Assembly (NCBI RefSeq): GCF_000619845.1
Contig: NZ_JHUX01000003.1
Coordinates: 1,060,064 to 1,092,063 of the forward strand
Length of the DNA stretch: 32,000 nucleotides
Reading direction: 5' to 3'
Source: Alkanindiges illinoisensis DSM 15370
GTDB taxonomy: Bacteria > Pseudomonadota > Gammaproteobacteria > Pseudomonadales > Moraxellaceae
Under the pieces are notes generated by a model. The model was not told the DNA's origin, did no database searches, and worked only from the letters and a program-made list of their open reading frames with translations. Positions 17,165 through 26,437 of this stretch are shown here, in pieces (within the stretch, counting starts at the first letter, position 1; each line of letters opens with the position of its first letter). The position numbers and the translations under genes are program-made.

Positions 17165-18355
17165 CTATGAAGTCTGTTTGAAAGGTGTACTGGCGAGTGC
17201 TGCTTGATAGTAGTCATCAATATACTCTTTTTCCTGTACACAATAATCCTGCACTGCCTGCATAAATTCAGGGCGCGCCAGCCAGTGTACCGAATGGGTA
17301 TATACCGGTGCAAAACCGCGAATCAGTTTATGCTCACCCTGTGTGCCCGGATCAAAAAACTGTAATTGCTGTGTAATGGCATATTCAATGCCCTGATAGT
17401 AGCACACCTCAAAATGCAGGCAATCTACTTGCTCTACTGCACCCCAGTAACGTCCATACAGCGTTTGGTCATCCTTAAAGAACAGCGCCGCAGCAATTCC
17501 TTGCTCATCACGGCTGGCTTTGATCAGTAGTATCTGCTGGGGCATCTGCGTTATCAATTGCCTGAAAAATTCATGGCTTAAATAAGGACGCTGACCACGC
17601 ACATAATAGGTATTGGCATAACACTGGTAGAAAAAACTGATGTCTTCGTCACAAAAATCAGCACCTTCAATCCATTGTACGGTAATTCCCTGCTGGACAA
17701 TTTTCTGGCGCTCAACCTTGATACTTTTGCGTTTTTTGGCAGTCAAGGCAGCTAAAAAATCATCAAATTGCCTATAGCCCTTATTTCGCCATAAAAATTG
17801 GCAATGATAGCGAATCGCCAAATTAGATTGAGTCTGCAAAAAATCCAGCAGGGGCTGGTCTATAAACAAACCATGCCATGATGACGCCTGCTGTTGCGTG
17901 GCAAGCGCCTGTATGGCGTCAAAAACAGTAGGCCAGACCGCTTCAATATGATAACCCTCGGCCAGTAACAAGCGCTGGCCAGTAACTGGGGTAAAAGGCA
18001 CACTGCTCACCAGTCGTGGATAATAATTTAAGCCATGCCGTGCATAGGCATCTGCCCAGGAGTGGTCAAATACATACTCGCCACGATGATGGGTTTTAAT
18101 AAACAGGGGCAAACAAGCCACCGGACGACCGACATCTTCCAGCAAAATATGGGAAATCTGCCAGCCTGTATGCAAGCCAATGGCATGCTGTTGCTCAAGC
18201 GCCTGCCAAAAGGCCAGTTGCAAAAATGGCTGGGCTGGTATCACAGTACCAAATAGCAGTGCTGCTTCATCTACAGATTTTAGATAGCGTACCTGATACA
18301 CCTGAGTTTGATCATCAGCATTTTGATTTAACTGCTTGTGCTGCACCCTGAACAC
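17165..18355 (-). CDS. FemAB-like / GNAT-fold N-acyltransferase (COG3146, DUF482 family)
   Basis: GTG start. WQALEQQHAIGLHTGWQISHILLE...LPLFIKTHHRGEYVFDHSWADAYARHGLNYYPRLVSSVPFTPVTGQRLL is the conserved N-terminal signature of this family. C-terminal EHKLIRGF motif. Confidence 0.75.
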   Translation of the reverse strand: MFRVQHKQLNQNADDQTQVYQVRYLKSVDEAALLFGTVIPAQPFLQLAFWQALEQQHAIGLHTGWQISHILLEDVGRPVACLPLFIKTHHRGEYVFDHSWADAYARHGLNYYPRLVSSVPFTPVTGQRLLLAEGYHIEAVWPTVFDAIQALATQQQASSWHGLFIDQPLLDFLQTQSNLAIRYHCQFLWRNKGYRQFDDFLAALTAKKRKSIKVERQKIVQQGITVQWIEGADFCDEDISFFYQCYANTYYVRGQRPYLSHEFFRQLITQMPQQILLIKASRDEQGIAAALFFKDDQTLYGRYWGAVEQVDCLHFEVCYYQGIEYAITQQLQFFDPGTQGEHKLIRGFAPVYTHSVHWLARPEFMQAVQDYCVQEKEYIDDYYQAALASTPFKQTS

Positions 18356-18488
18356 CCCTTAAGCCGGATAATTCAAGTATTGAAGCGCGCCAATAAAATG
18401 TAAAGATGCAATTGGTGATGAAGATGATGGAATTCCAGTAAACATTGGCTCAAAATAGAACTTCCATGGTTAATAAATTATTGATGCA

Positions 18489-18803
18489 ATGACTGATATA
18501 AAAAATCCGGACGCTGGCAATGAAATCAAGCCCAATGATTTTTATGATCGTGTAGATGCCCTGATTAATGTGGCCAACCAGCAGTGTAATCAGGTAGATA
18601 AAGGTAAAGTCAGTGCTTCCTTTTTATTTGCCGCAGCCCGCTTTAATAGTTGGGTCAGTGCTTCTGGCTTTGAGAATAGCGAACTCATGCAAGCGAACCG
18701 GCAGGAACTGGTGCAGTATTTTGTCCAGCAATACCAGTCGATGCTGGAAGATAATCTGGATGAGTTTATTAGTAATTTTTCCAGTTATCAAAAAGGTAAA
18801 TAG
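18489..18803 (+). CDS. DUF3144 family protein
   Basis: FYDRVDALINVANQQCNQVDKGKVSASFLFAAARFNSWV matches the DUF3144 pattern (FY..AD.FI.LAN...VS.A..YAAARYN). Confidence 0.65.
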   Translation: MTDIKNPDAGNEIKPNDFYDRVDALINVANQQCNQVDKGKVSASFLFAAARFNSWVSASGFENSELMQANRQELVQYFVQQYQSMLEDNLDEFISNFSSYQKGK

Positions 18804-18847
18804 CCGTTATTCAAAGTAGTTTTACAGTTTGGGTCAAACGAAGCCAT

Positions 18848-18886
18848 AAAAAAACCCTCAGCCAATCATCTAACTGAGGGTTTTTC
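18848..18886. terminator. Bidirectional rho-independent terminator shared by the DUF3144 gene (+) and icd (-)
   Basis: aaaaaaa-ccctcag-(12-nt loop)-ctgaggg-tttttc: a GC-rich 7-bp stem flanked by an A-run and a T-run. Confidence 0.8.
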
Positions 18887-18905
18887 TATTCAACAACAGG
18901 AAGTA

Positions 18906-20162
18906 TTACTCTTCCATGTTTTTGATAATCGCATCACCAAACTCGGAACAACGCAGCAAGGTTGCATCTGGCATTAAACGCTCAAAGTCATAGGTGACTG
19001 TCTTGGCTTCAATCGCACCGGCAATACCCTTGATAATCAGGTCAGCGGCTTCGGTCCAGCCCATATCGCGCAGCATCATTTCTGCAGATAAAATAATTGA
19101 ACCCGGATTAACCTTGTCCTGACCTGCATATTTTGGTGCTGTACCGTGTGTTGCTTCATAAACGGCAATTGCACCACCAATATTGGCTCCCGGAGCAATA
19201 CCAATACCGCCCACTTCGGCTGCCAGCGCATCAGAAATATAATCACCGTTCAGGTTCAGGGTTGCAATTACCGAATAATCTGCTGGACGCATCAGGATTT
19301 GTTGCAGGAACGCATCCGCAATGACATCCTTGATGATGATATCCTTGCCGGTTTTCGGGTTCTTGATTTTAACCCATGGGCCACCATCCAGCAGCTCACC
19401 ACCAAAGCGCTCCATGGCCAGCTCGTAGCCCCACTCTTTGAACGCGCCTTCGGTATACTTCATGATGTTGCCCTTGTGCACCAGTGTCACAGAAGGCTTG
19501 TCATTATCAATGGCAAACTGGATGGCTTTACGCACCAGACGCTGGGTTCCTTCTTTGGATACCGGCTTCACACCAATACCGCAATTTTCATCAAAGCGGA
19601 TTTTGGTCACACCCATTTCCTCTTTAAGGAATTTGATGACCTTAATCGCTTCTGGTGAACCGGCTTTCCACTCAATACCGGCATAAATATCTTCCGAGTT
19701 TTCACGGAAAATAACCATGTCAGTCAGTTCAGGATGATGAACCGGACTAGGTACACCTTTGAACCAGCGAACTGGACGCACGCACACATATAAATCAAGT
19801 TCCTGGCGCAGTGCCACGTTCAGGGAACGGATGCCACCACCAACCGGGGTAGTCAGCGGGCCTTTGATGGAAACAACAAATTCGCGCAGGGCTTCAAAGG
19901 TTTCTTCCGGCATGTAGCTGCCATAAATACGGTCAGCCTTCTCGCCACAATAAACTTCCATCCATACGATAGATCGTTTTCCGCTGTATGCCTGTTGAAC
20001 TGCGGCATCAACAACCTTAATCATCACCGGTGTAATATCAACACCGATACCATCACCTTCAATAAACGGAATGATTGGATGATTGGGGACGTTCAGTGAC
20101 AGGTCTGCATTTACGGTGATTTTGTCGCCATCTGCAGGAACCACGATCTTCTGATAACCCAT
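18906..20162 (-). CDS. icd: NADP-dependent isocitrate dehydrogenase (homodimeric type)
   Basis: Near full-length resemblance to E. coli Icd, including GDGIG.D., [44 protein letters not shown] and [12 protein letters not shown]. Confidence 0.95.
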   Translation of the reverse strand: MGYQKIVVPADGDKITVNADLSLNVPNHPIIPFIEGDGIGVDITPVMIKVVDAAVQQAYSGKRSIVWMEVYCGEKADRIYGSYMPEETFEALREFVVSIKGPLTTPVGGGIRSLNVALRQELDLYVCVRPVRWFKGVPSPVHHPELTDMVIFRENSEDIYAGIEWKAGSPEAIKVIKFLKEEMGVTKIRFDENCGIGVKPVSKEGTQRLVRKAIQFAIDNDKPSVTLVHKGNIMKYTEGAFKEWGYELAMERFGGELLDGGPWVKIKNPKTGKDIIIKDVIADAFLQQILMRPADYSVIATLNLNGDYISDALAAEVGGIGIAPGANIGGAIAVYEATHGTAPKYAGQDKVNPGSIILSAEMMLRDMGWTEAADLIIKGIAGAIEAKTVTYDFERLMPDATLLRCSEFGDAIIKNMEE

Positions 20163-20364
20163 TGTACAGGTGCTCCCTTTTTCTAGTGATTAAACTCTTT
20201 CAAATGTAAAAACTAACATGTTTTGTTGCGCATCTACATGTACTATATGTTAAACATTTCTGCATGTTTTTGTGATTTAAAAAACAAATATCTATATTTT
20301 CCTGCGTGATAAAACACCCTGAAACACGTTGTTTTTACACCAGAACTTCATTCTCCGGATCAAA

Positions 20365-21051
20365 ATGGCCCAGATTGTCCTGTTTAACAAACCTTTCAAT
20401 GTGCTTACCCAGTTCCGTACTGATGATACGCGCATTACACTGGCCCAGTTTATTCATAACAAAAGTTTGCGGGTGGCCGGGCGGCTTGATTATGACTCCG
20501 AAGGCTTATTGTTATTGACGGATGACGGTCAGATTAACCAGCAACTGGTGCATCCGCGCGCACGACAATATAAAACCTATCTGGTACAGGTTGAAGGCAC
20601 GCCAACTGATACAGCCTTGCAGCAGCTCCAGCAGGGTGTGATGTTAAAAGATGGGCTAACCCTGCCTGCCAAAGCACGAGTCATTGATGAACCGGATTTT
20701 TTATGGCCACGCAATCCCCCTATCCGCTTTCGCGCCAATATTCCGACCACCTGGCTTGAAATCCAGATCTGTGAAGGTAAAAACCGTCAGGTCAGGCGCA
20801 TGACTGCTGCCGTGGGCCTGCCAACCTTACGCCTGATTCGCAGCAAGATAGGGCCATTTTTGCTGGACAATTTGCAGCCGGGTGAACTAAAAATTTTCGA
20901 TACGCTAAAGGATGCCAGCATACTGGCTCAGTTGGGCTGGTCAGTTTCTGCTGAATCGGCAAGCCGATCCGGTGCAGCGTTGACACCTACCACAGCACGT
21001 CGGCGCAATAACCGGCGAAATACTTTTCCCATGGGACCACGTGGCAGGTGA
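20365..21051 (+). CDS. rluE: 23S rRNA pseudouridine synthase RluE-like, with a C-terminal extension of about 50 aa
   Basis: IVLFNKPFNVLTQF, AGRLDYDSEGLLLLTDDG (catalytic Asp), KTYLVQVEG, WPRNPPIR, EGKNRQVRRMTAAVGLPTLRLIR. I prefer the ATG at 20365 over the track start at 20329. There is no in-frame stop before 21049-21051. Confidence 0.85.
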   Translation: MAQIVLFNKPFNVLTQFRTDDTRITLAQFIHNKSLRVAGRLDYDSEGLLLLTDDGQINQQLVHPRARQYKTYLVQVEGTPTDTALQQLQQGVMLKDGLTLPAKARVIDEPDFLWPRNPPIRFRANIPTTWLEIQICEGKNRQVRRMTAAVGLPTLRLIRSKIGPFLLDNLQPGELKIFDTLKDASILAQLGWSVSAESASRSGAALTPTTARRRNNRRNTFPMGPRGR

Positions 21052-22709
21052 TCCACAAATTCAATGCTGCATGGTAAAAAACCGTAGTGCAGGCGGCTTC
21101 CAATAAACTCCTTAAGCCGTTCGGGCGTCAGGCCTTTTCTGGCCACGACCATTAATCGCACGGGTGCTTTCGGGTCATCCAGCTCTTGTACAATTGTACA
21201 ATCCAGCACATCTTCATGCTGATAAATCTGCTGTTCAATTTCCTGTGGAAACATCAGCTGATCCTTCCACCAGAAAGTATCTGTCTCGCGCTCCAGCATG
21301 GTAATAAAGCCATCCTCGGAAATGGAAACAAGATCACCGGTTTTAAACCATTCATCATAAGTCATGGCATGCTGGGTGGCGGCAGGTTGATGCCAGTAGC
21401 CACGCATCACCTGTGGTCCCCTCACCCATAGCTCACCGGGCTGGTTAAAACCCAAAGGCTTTTGCTTGTTGCTGACCACACACACTTCGGTATTGGGCAG
21501 TATTACGCCGACTGTTCCCGGACGGATACGCTGTGGCGGATTAATGCTGATCAATGGTGCAGTTTCACTTAAGCCATAGGCTTCACACAAATAACGGCCA
21601 GTCAACTCACACCATTGTTGTTGCAGCTTACGGCTGGCAAAACTTCCCCCACACATATACAGTTCCATTTTTTTAACCAGATGGCGGATGGCATCCTGTT
21701 GCAGAATTTGCTCATACAGGTAAGGAATACCTACCATCAGGTTAAACTGGTGACTCTGGAGATGCTTGGCCTTATGTAAAAGCTCTGATGGCCGGGTCAG
21801 GACCACATGCGCACCACCCGACAGCAGCATCAGGCAAAAGCTGATCCCGACAATATGCTGCAAGGCAATTGGGCACAAACCGCATTTTTCCGGTGTGACA
21901 ATGCCATTTAAAATCTGTTTGACCTGCTGGTAATTGCTGGACAAATTTCGGTGTGACAGTGCAGCACCCATCGGAATATCGGTGGTGCCACTGGTGTATT
22001 GAATAATTGCCAGATCATCCAGATTTAGGCGTGGCCACTCATAATGTTTTTTGACAGTTTTTTTAAAAATCTGCCGCAGACGTACATAGCGGATAATCGT
22101 ACTGTCTTCACGCCACTGTGAAATCCATCTACGCGGTGACAGCCAGGTTTTAATGCGGCCCAGCACATCCACATAATCATCGCTGTGCGTGGTAATAATA
22201 TGGCGGATGCTGGTTTCCAATAGCATCTTTTCAACTTGCGGCAAAAACCCCGGAATAGTGACCAGAATCTTGGCGCCGGAATCCTGCAACTGATGCAGGG
22301 TATAATCCACTTCCGGCAAAAAACTTAAATTGGCCACCACAAGCTGCGCACGCCATGCAGCCAGTATGGCAATGATATAAGACAGGCTATTGGGCAAATA
22401 AAGTGCCACCCGGTCACCTGCCTTGATGGTACTGTCTTCTAAAAACCATGTTGCCAGTGCATCTACACTAAAGGACAGTTCGGCATAGTTCAGCGTGCAG
22501 CCATCCATGCTAATGGCCGGTGAGGTAGGAAACTGGTTGACCATATCATCAAAATAATCAAGGAAACTACAGTCCTGCATGGGCATTTTGCGTCCCTGAT
22601 ACAAGCTGTCAAAACTGCTCCACGATTCATGTTCCTGCAACTTTAATTGTTTTAGGTGCTCGGGTTTACAGAATTTTAAATGGTTCAAGACATGAACTTG
22701 CTTAGGCAT
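20928..22709 (-). CDS. AMP-binding enzyme (acyl-CoA synthetase/ligase family) with an atypical motif I
   Basis: YTSGTTDIPMGAALSHRNL (variant of TSGTTGxPKG), EAYGLSETAP, GELWVRGPQVMRGYW, WFKTGDLVSISEDGFITMLERETD and C-terminal PRGPMGKVFRR. The alternative start ATG at 22586 has a better RBS (aggga). Confidence 0.8.
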   Translation of the reverse strand: MPKQVHVLNHLKFCKPEHLKQLKLQEHESWSSFDSLYQGRKMPMQDCSFLDYFDDMVNQFPTSPAISMDGCTLNYAELSFSVDALATWFLEDSTIKAGDRVALYLPNSLSYIIAILAAWRAQLVVANLSFLPEVDYTLHQLQDSGAKILVTIPGFLPQVEKMLLETSIRHIITTHSDDYVDVLGRIKTWLSPRRWISQWREDSTIIRYVRLRQIFKKTVKKHYEWPRLNLDDLAIIQYTSGTTDIPMGAALSHRNLSSNYQQVKQILNGIVTPEKCGLCPIALQHIVGISFCLMLLSGGAHVVLTRPSELLHKAKHLQSHQFNLMVGIPYLYEQILQQDAIRHLVKKMELYMCGGSFASRKLQQQWCELTGRYLCEAYGLSETAPLISINPPQRIRPGTVGVILPNTEVCVVSNKQKPLGFNQPGELWVRGPQVMRGYWHQPAATQHAMTYDEWFKTGDLVSISEDGFITMLERETDTFWWKDQLMFPQEIEQQIYQHEDVLDCTIVQELDDPKAPVRLMVVARKGLTPERLKEFIGSRLHYGFLPCSIEFVDHLPRGPMGKVFRRLLRRRAVVGVNAAPDRLADSAETDQPN

Positions 22710-22775
22710 TTGACTGTCATCCCGTTATGATCAAACTATTGTTTTAATTATTTCTCTAATTTACGTGATTTAGGC

Positions 22776-22807
22776 TTGCCCTGCCATTTACTTTTGCGGC
22801 AGGGCAA
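22776..22807. other. GC-rich 10-bp stem hairpin between the M61 peptidase stop and the AMP-binding gene start
   Basis: ttgccctgcc (22776-22785) pairs with ggcagggcaa (22798-22807) across a 12-nt loop. The A/T run sits on the wrong side for a classical terminator of the minus-strand transcript. Confidence 0.5.
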
Positions 22808-22810
22808 AAA

Positions 22811-22840
22811 TAATTACAATTTAACAGTAATTACAATTTA
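22811..22840. repeat. Perfect 13-bp direct repeat (taattacaattta x2, period 17 bp) spanning the M61 stop codon
   Basis: Copies lie at 22811-22823 and 22828-22840, separated by acag. The second copy encodes the last codons and the stop of the M61 gene. Confidence 0.85.
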
Positions 22841-24555
22841 GCCGGGTGATCAATCCATTGACTCAAACGGTTTTTATCTTCAATCAGCAATTTTGCAGCC
22901 GAGGTCATAAAACCACGCCCCTGTATCTCAAGAACTTTTAACTCATCACGCCGAAATGCATGGCAGGTGATGCGTGGCTCAGCATTGGTATGGTTGCCCA
23001 GTTGCTGTAATAAGCCTGTGTTGGCCTTTAAACCATTTAAGGCAATAATAATGTCCTGACAGGATAGGCCCGCCTGTGCTGCTGCTGAATCACGCAGTAC
23101 CTGCTGTACCAGTAGGCCCTGCGGGTTTTCCTGTACCTTCAGGCCTAGTGGCCATACCTTGTGCTCCATGTGCAGGCTAACACCAAATTCAGCCAGCAGT
23201 TGTTGCAATGGTAACTCGGTTGTGCCGTCAACATAATTGTCAAAAAACTCAGACAGTGAATGACCTGTTAGCTGCTGGCAAAGTTGCGGCAGGGTTTGCT
23301 CATCCACATGCTGGCCATTTTTGGCACGTTGATATAAGGCCTGCATGAGCAAATCCAGATTGCTGCCATGCTGTCTTAAGGTTAAATCCAGACACAACGC
23401 GATCAATGCACCTTTGTTGTAATAACTGGTGCCTGCATTATTAGTGTTTTCATCGGGACGGTAGTATTTGATCCATGCATCAAAACTGGATTCCGCCACA
23501 CTTTGAATCTGGCGGCCCGGATTGCTGAGGTAACGGCTGATCTGATCCTTTACCAGATCAATATAGGCATTCTGGTCAATAACGCCGCTGCGATACAACA
23601 TCAGATCATCATAATAAGAGGTGATTCCCTCAAAAATCCATAACAGCGTGGTGTAGTCTTCCTGATGCAGGTTGGGCTTTACATAATTGTGCGGTCGGAT
23701 AAATTTAACCAGCCACGCATGAAAATATTCGTGGCTGCACAGTCCTAAAAAACGCTGGTAATTTACCGATGGCTTGGCGGGTTCACTGGACTTTGGCAAG
23801 TCATCACGCGGGGTAATCAGGCTGGTAGAACTTTGATGTTCAAGCCCGCCGTAGCTGTTGGCCGTTGCCATGGCCATAAACAGATAATCTTTAAACGGCG
23901 CTTCACCAAACATGCGGATCTGGGCAGCACATATTTTTTCAAGATCAGTGGCGAGTCGTTGCAGGTCGGTGTGGTGACGGCCAGAAATGGCAATCCGGTG
24001 CGTGATATTTTCGATATCAAAAGAAATACAGGTTTGTTCTGCCAGCTCAAAAGGCTGGTCTATCAGCTCATGGTAATTTGTAGCATTCAAGGTATATGTA
24101 GTATTGCTGGCCTCAACAACCGGCATACTGCTTACCAGTTCAAACCGGCTTAAACTTTCAGGCACGTCCAGCTGCAATTGTATTGCACTGTCTTCCTGTC
24201 CCTCTACACCAATACAGACGGCTGCCGGATTGACATACAGGCGGTCGTCATCGGTATAAGCTCCCCGCACCGACAAATCATAAGCATACACCTGATAGCT
24301 GACTTCAATCTCATCAGCCTGCGTATTTTGCAGTTGCCACTGGTTTTTGGTGAGCTTGTGCAGCTTGATCGCTTCACCCGTGCCAATATGCAGCGCCTTG
24401 ACCGATTCAATATGTTTGGCAAATTCACGAATCAGATAACTGCCGGGAATCCAGGTGGGCAGCCAGATTTTTTGCTGTGCCTGGGCCTTAAACCTGACTT
24501 TTACCTGAATCAAATGCTGATAATACTGCGCAAAAGATAAGGTGTAATAAATCAT
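22831..24555 (-). CDS. M61 family metallopeptidase with C-terminal PDZ domain
   Basis: HEYFHAWLVK zinc motif with a downstream EGITSYY motif. The C-terminal segment QAGLSCQDIIIALNGLKA is PDZ-like. I prefer the start at MIYYTLSF (24555) over the track start at 24606. Confidence 0.85.
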   Translation of the reverse strand: MIYYTLSFAQYYQHLIQVKVRFKAQAQQKIWLPTWIPGSYLIREFAKHIESVKALHIGTGEAIKLHKLTKNQWQLQNTQADEIEVSYQVYAYDLSVRGAYTDDDRLYVNPAAVCIGVEGQEDSAIQLQLDVPESLSRFELVSSMPVVEASNTTYTLNATNYHELIDQPFELAEQTCISFDIENITHRIAISGRHHTDLQRLATDLEKICAAQIRMFGEAPFKDYLFMAMATANSYGGLEHQSSTSLITPRDDLPKSSEPAKPSVNYQRFLGLCSHEYFHAWLVKFIRPHNYVKPNLHQEDYTTLLWIFEGITSYYDDLMLYRSGVIDQNAYIDLVKDQISRYLSNPGRQIQSVAESSFDAWIKYYRPDENTNNAGTSYYNKGALIALCLDLTLRQHGSNLDLLMQALYQRAKNGQHVDEQTLPQLCQQLTGHSLSEFFDNYVDGTTELPLQQLLAEFGVSLHMEHKVWPLGLKVQENPQGLLVQQVLRDSAAAQAGLSCQDIIIALNGLKANTGLLQQLGNHTNAEPRITCHAFRRDELKVLEIQGRGFMTSAAKLLIEDKNRLSQWIDHPAKL

Positions 24556-24911
24556 GGCAACCTGCATATTCTGGAAGAAATTAAAAACAGCCTGACAATG
24601 CTGCAATAAAAGCTGGCATGAACGTCATCACCCCGATTACAGGAAAACCATCACCAGCTAAAACATAGCATGTCAGTAAATACCTTACTCCGCCTGATCA
24701 AAAAAGGCAAAATTATGACAGTGTAATGCTCAAAAAACAGTCGTGTTGTTTCAAGCTCAAAACATATTAATAAGGCCTAAAAAGTGGCTCGTGTAAATCG
24801 CAGGGAAAATTGTCAGACAAATCATGCAGCTTGCCTTAACGCTTATGGCATACTCGAAACAGATCATCCTATTTACTGTTATTGGTGCTATTGCTGGATC
24901 AGGCAAGCGTT

Positions 24912-24941
24912 AACAATTATTCAAGTAACTATTATTCAAGT
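24912..24941. repeat. 15-bp tandem duplication in the long ndh upstream region
   Basis: aacaattattcaagt (24912-24926) is followed directly by aactattattcaagt (24927-24941), matching at 14/15. Confidence 0.85.
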
Positions 24942-25029
24942 GCTTAACTGGCTAATACATCAGTAGCACACCTGCCTGATTTCAAGCCGCCCGGCCCTAG
25001 AGCCTTGGGTTAATGCAGCACGCTTTAAA

Positions 25030-25069
25030 GAATTTTAAGTCTTAACGAATTTTAAGTTTTATTTTAAGC
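25030..25069. promoter_or_regulatory. Direct repeats gaattttaagt x2 plus a partial third copy, immediately upstream of ndh
   Basis: Perfect 11-mers at 25030-25040 and 25047-25057, plus attttaagc at 25061-25069. They lie 19-58 bp upstream of the ndh ATG. Confidence 0.5.
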
Positions 25070-25087
25070 AGCCTTGAGAGCAGATCA

Positions 25088-26410
25088 ATGAAACAGTTAA
25101 ACCCAAGCGGACAACCTCACCTGCACCGGATTGTGATTGTTGGCGGTGGCGCAGGCGGCCTTGAACTGGCTACCCGTTTAGGCCAGTCACTTGGCAAGCA
25201 TGGACAGGCACAAGTAATCCTGATTGATGCAACCCTGACCCATATCTGGAAGCCTCTGCTGCATGAAGTGGCCGCCGGAACCATCAATTCCTATGAGGAT
25301 GAACTCAACTACTTTGCCCATGCCAGCAAGCATCATTTTGAGTTTCATCTGGGCCGCATGTGCGATATTGACCGCGAACACAAGCAGGTTATTCTTGAGC
25401 CCTTAAGTAATGGTGAAAATGTTGTGATTGCCCCGGAACGCCGGGTTCGCTATGACACATTGGTAGTGGCTGTGGGTTCAACCTCCAATGATTTTGGCAC
25501 CAAGGGCGCTCGGGAAAACTGCATTTTTCTGGATGCGCGCCCGCAGGCAGACCGCTTCCAGCGTGAATTTTTAAGCCTGTATTTGCAGGCACAGGCACGC
25601 TCACTATCCGACCAGAATCCGCAATTTTTAAACATTGCCATTATTGGCGCCGGGGCAACTGGCGTTGAGCTTGCCGCCGAATTGCACCATGCGGCGCATG
25701 AGTTACCACGCTATGGCCTGACCAGTATTGATCCCCGCAACGTCAATATTAGCCTGATTGAAGCTGCCGAGCGCATCTTACCGGGCCTGCCTCCACAGAC
25801 TTCCCATACTGCCGAGCGTGAACTGAAAAAAATGGGCATTAATGTCATGACCAGCCGGCGTGTGGTGGCCATTACTGAAAATGCTATTGAATGCGATGGT
25901 GATATTCAGATTCCAGCAAACCTGAAAGTCTGGTCTGCCGGCATCAAGGCACCGGATTTTTTAAAGAATATTGCTGGCCTTGAAACCAACCGCATCAACC
26001 AGTTGGTGGTTGGCCCCAGCCTGCAAACCACGCTGGACCCGGATATTTTTGCCATGGGTGACTGTGCCAGCTATATTCCTGAAGGTGAAAGCCGTCCAGT
26101 GCCGCCGCGTGCGCAAGTAGCTAACCAGCAATCCATCCTGTTAGCGAAATCCATGAAGGCGCGACTAAAAGGCCAGCCGCTTCCGCATTTTAAATTTACC
26201 GACAAAGGCTCACTGGTATCATTAAGCCAGAAGAACAGTGTGGGTAACTTGATGGGTGACATCAACGTGCAAGGTATTATTGCCCGCCTGATGTATGTGT
26301 CGTTATATCGCTTGCATCAGGTCGCCATTCATGGCTTTTTCAAGACGGCGGTGCTGATGGCCAAAGACTTGTTGTCCCGCTCATCCGGCCCACGCCTCAA
26401 GCTGCATTAA
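25088..26410 (+). CDS. ndh: Type II NADH:quinone oxidoreductase (NDH-2)
   Basis: Two dinucleotide-binding motifs, IVIVGGGAGGLELA and IAIIGAGATGVELAAEL, plus FAMGDCA. Length and C-terminal membrane-anchoring helix are typical of Ndh. Confidence 0.92.
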   Translation: MKQLNPSGQPHLHRIVIVGGGAGGLELATRLGQSLGKHGQAQVILIDATLTHIWKPLLHEVAAGTINSYEDELNYFAHASKHHFEFHLGRMCDIDREHKQVILEPLSNGENVVIAPERRVRYDTLVVAVGSTSNDFGTKGARENCIFLDARPQADRFQREFLSLYLQAQARSLSDQNPQFLNIAIIGAGATGVELAAELHHAAHELPRYGLTSIDPRNVNISLIEAAERILPGLPPQTSHTAERELKKMGINVMTSRRVVAITENAIECDGDIQIPANLKVWSAGIKAPDFLKNIAGLETNRINQLVVGPSLQTTLDPDIFAMGDCASYIPEGESRPVPPRAQVANQQSILLAKSMKARLKGQPLPHFKFTDKGSLVSLSQKNSVGNLMGDINVQGIIARLMYVSLYRLHQVAIHGFFKTAVLMAKDLLSRSSGPRLKLH

Positions 26411-26437
26411 TCCGTCCATGTGAATGATAAACCCTGT

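Noticed and set aside
24829-24914. gcttgcc-ttaacgc and ggcaagc-gttaac as a long-range stem
   Set aside because: The two half-sites are complementary but in crossing order (A B ... A' B'), so they cannot form one continuous helix. The 7-bp matches, separated by about 60 nt, could easily be chance.
24784-24966. 60-aa GTG-start ORF in the M61/ndh spacer
   Set aside because: It has no Shine-Dalgarno and a non-ATG start. Part of its sequence (TIIQVTIIQV) is simply the translation of the 15-bp tandem DNA duplication. No family resemblance.
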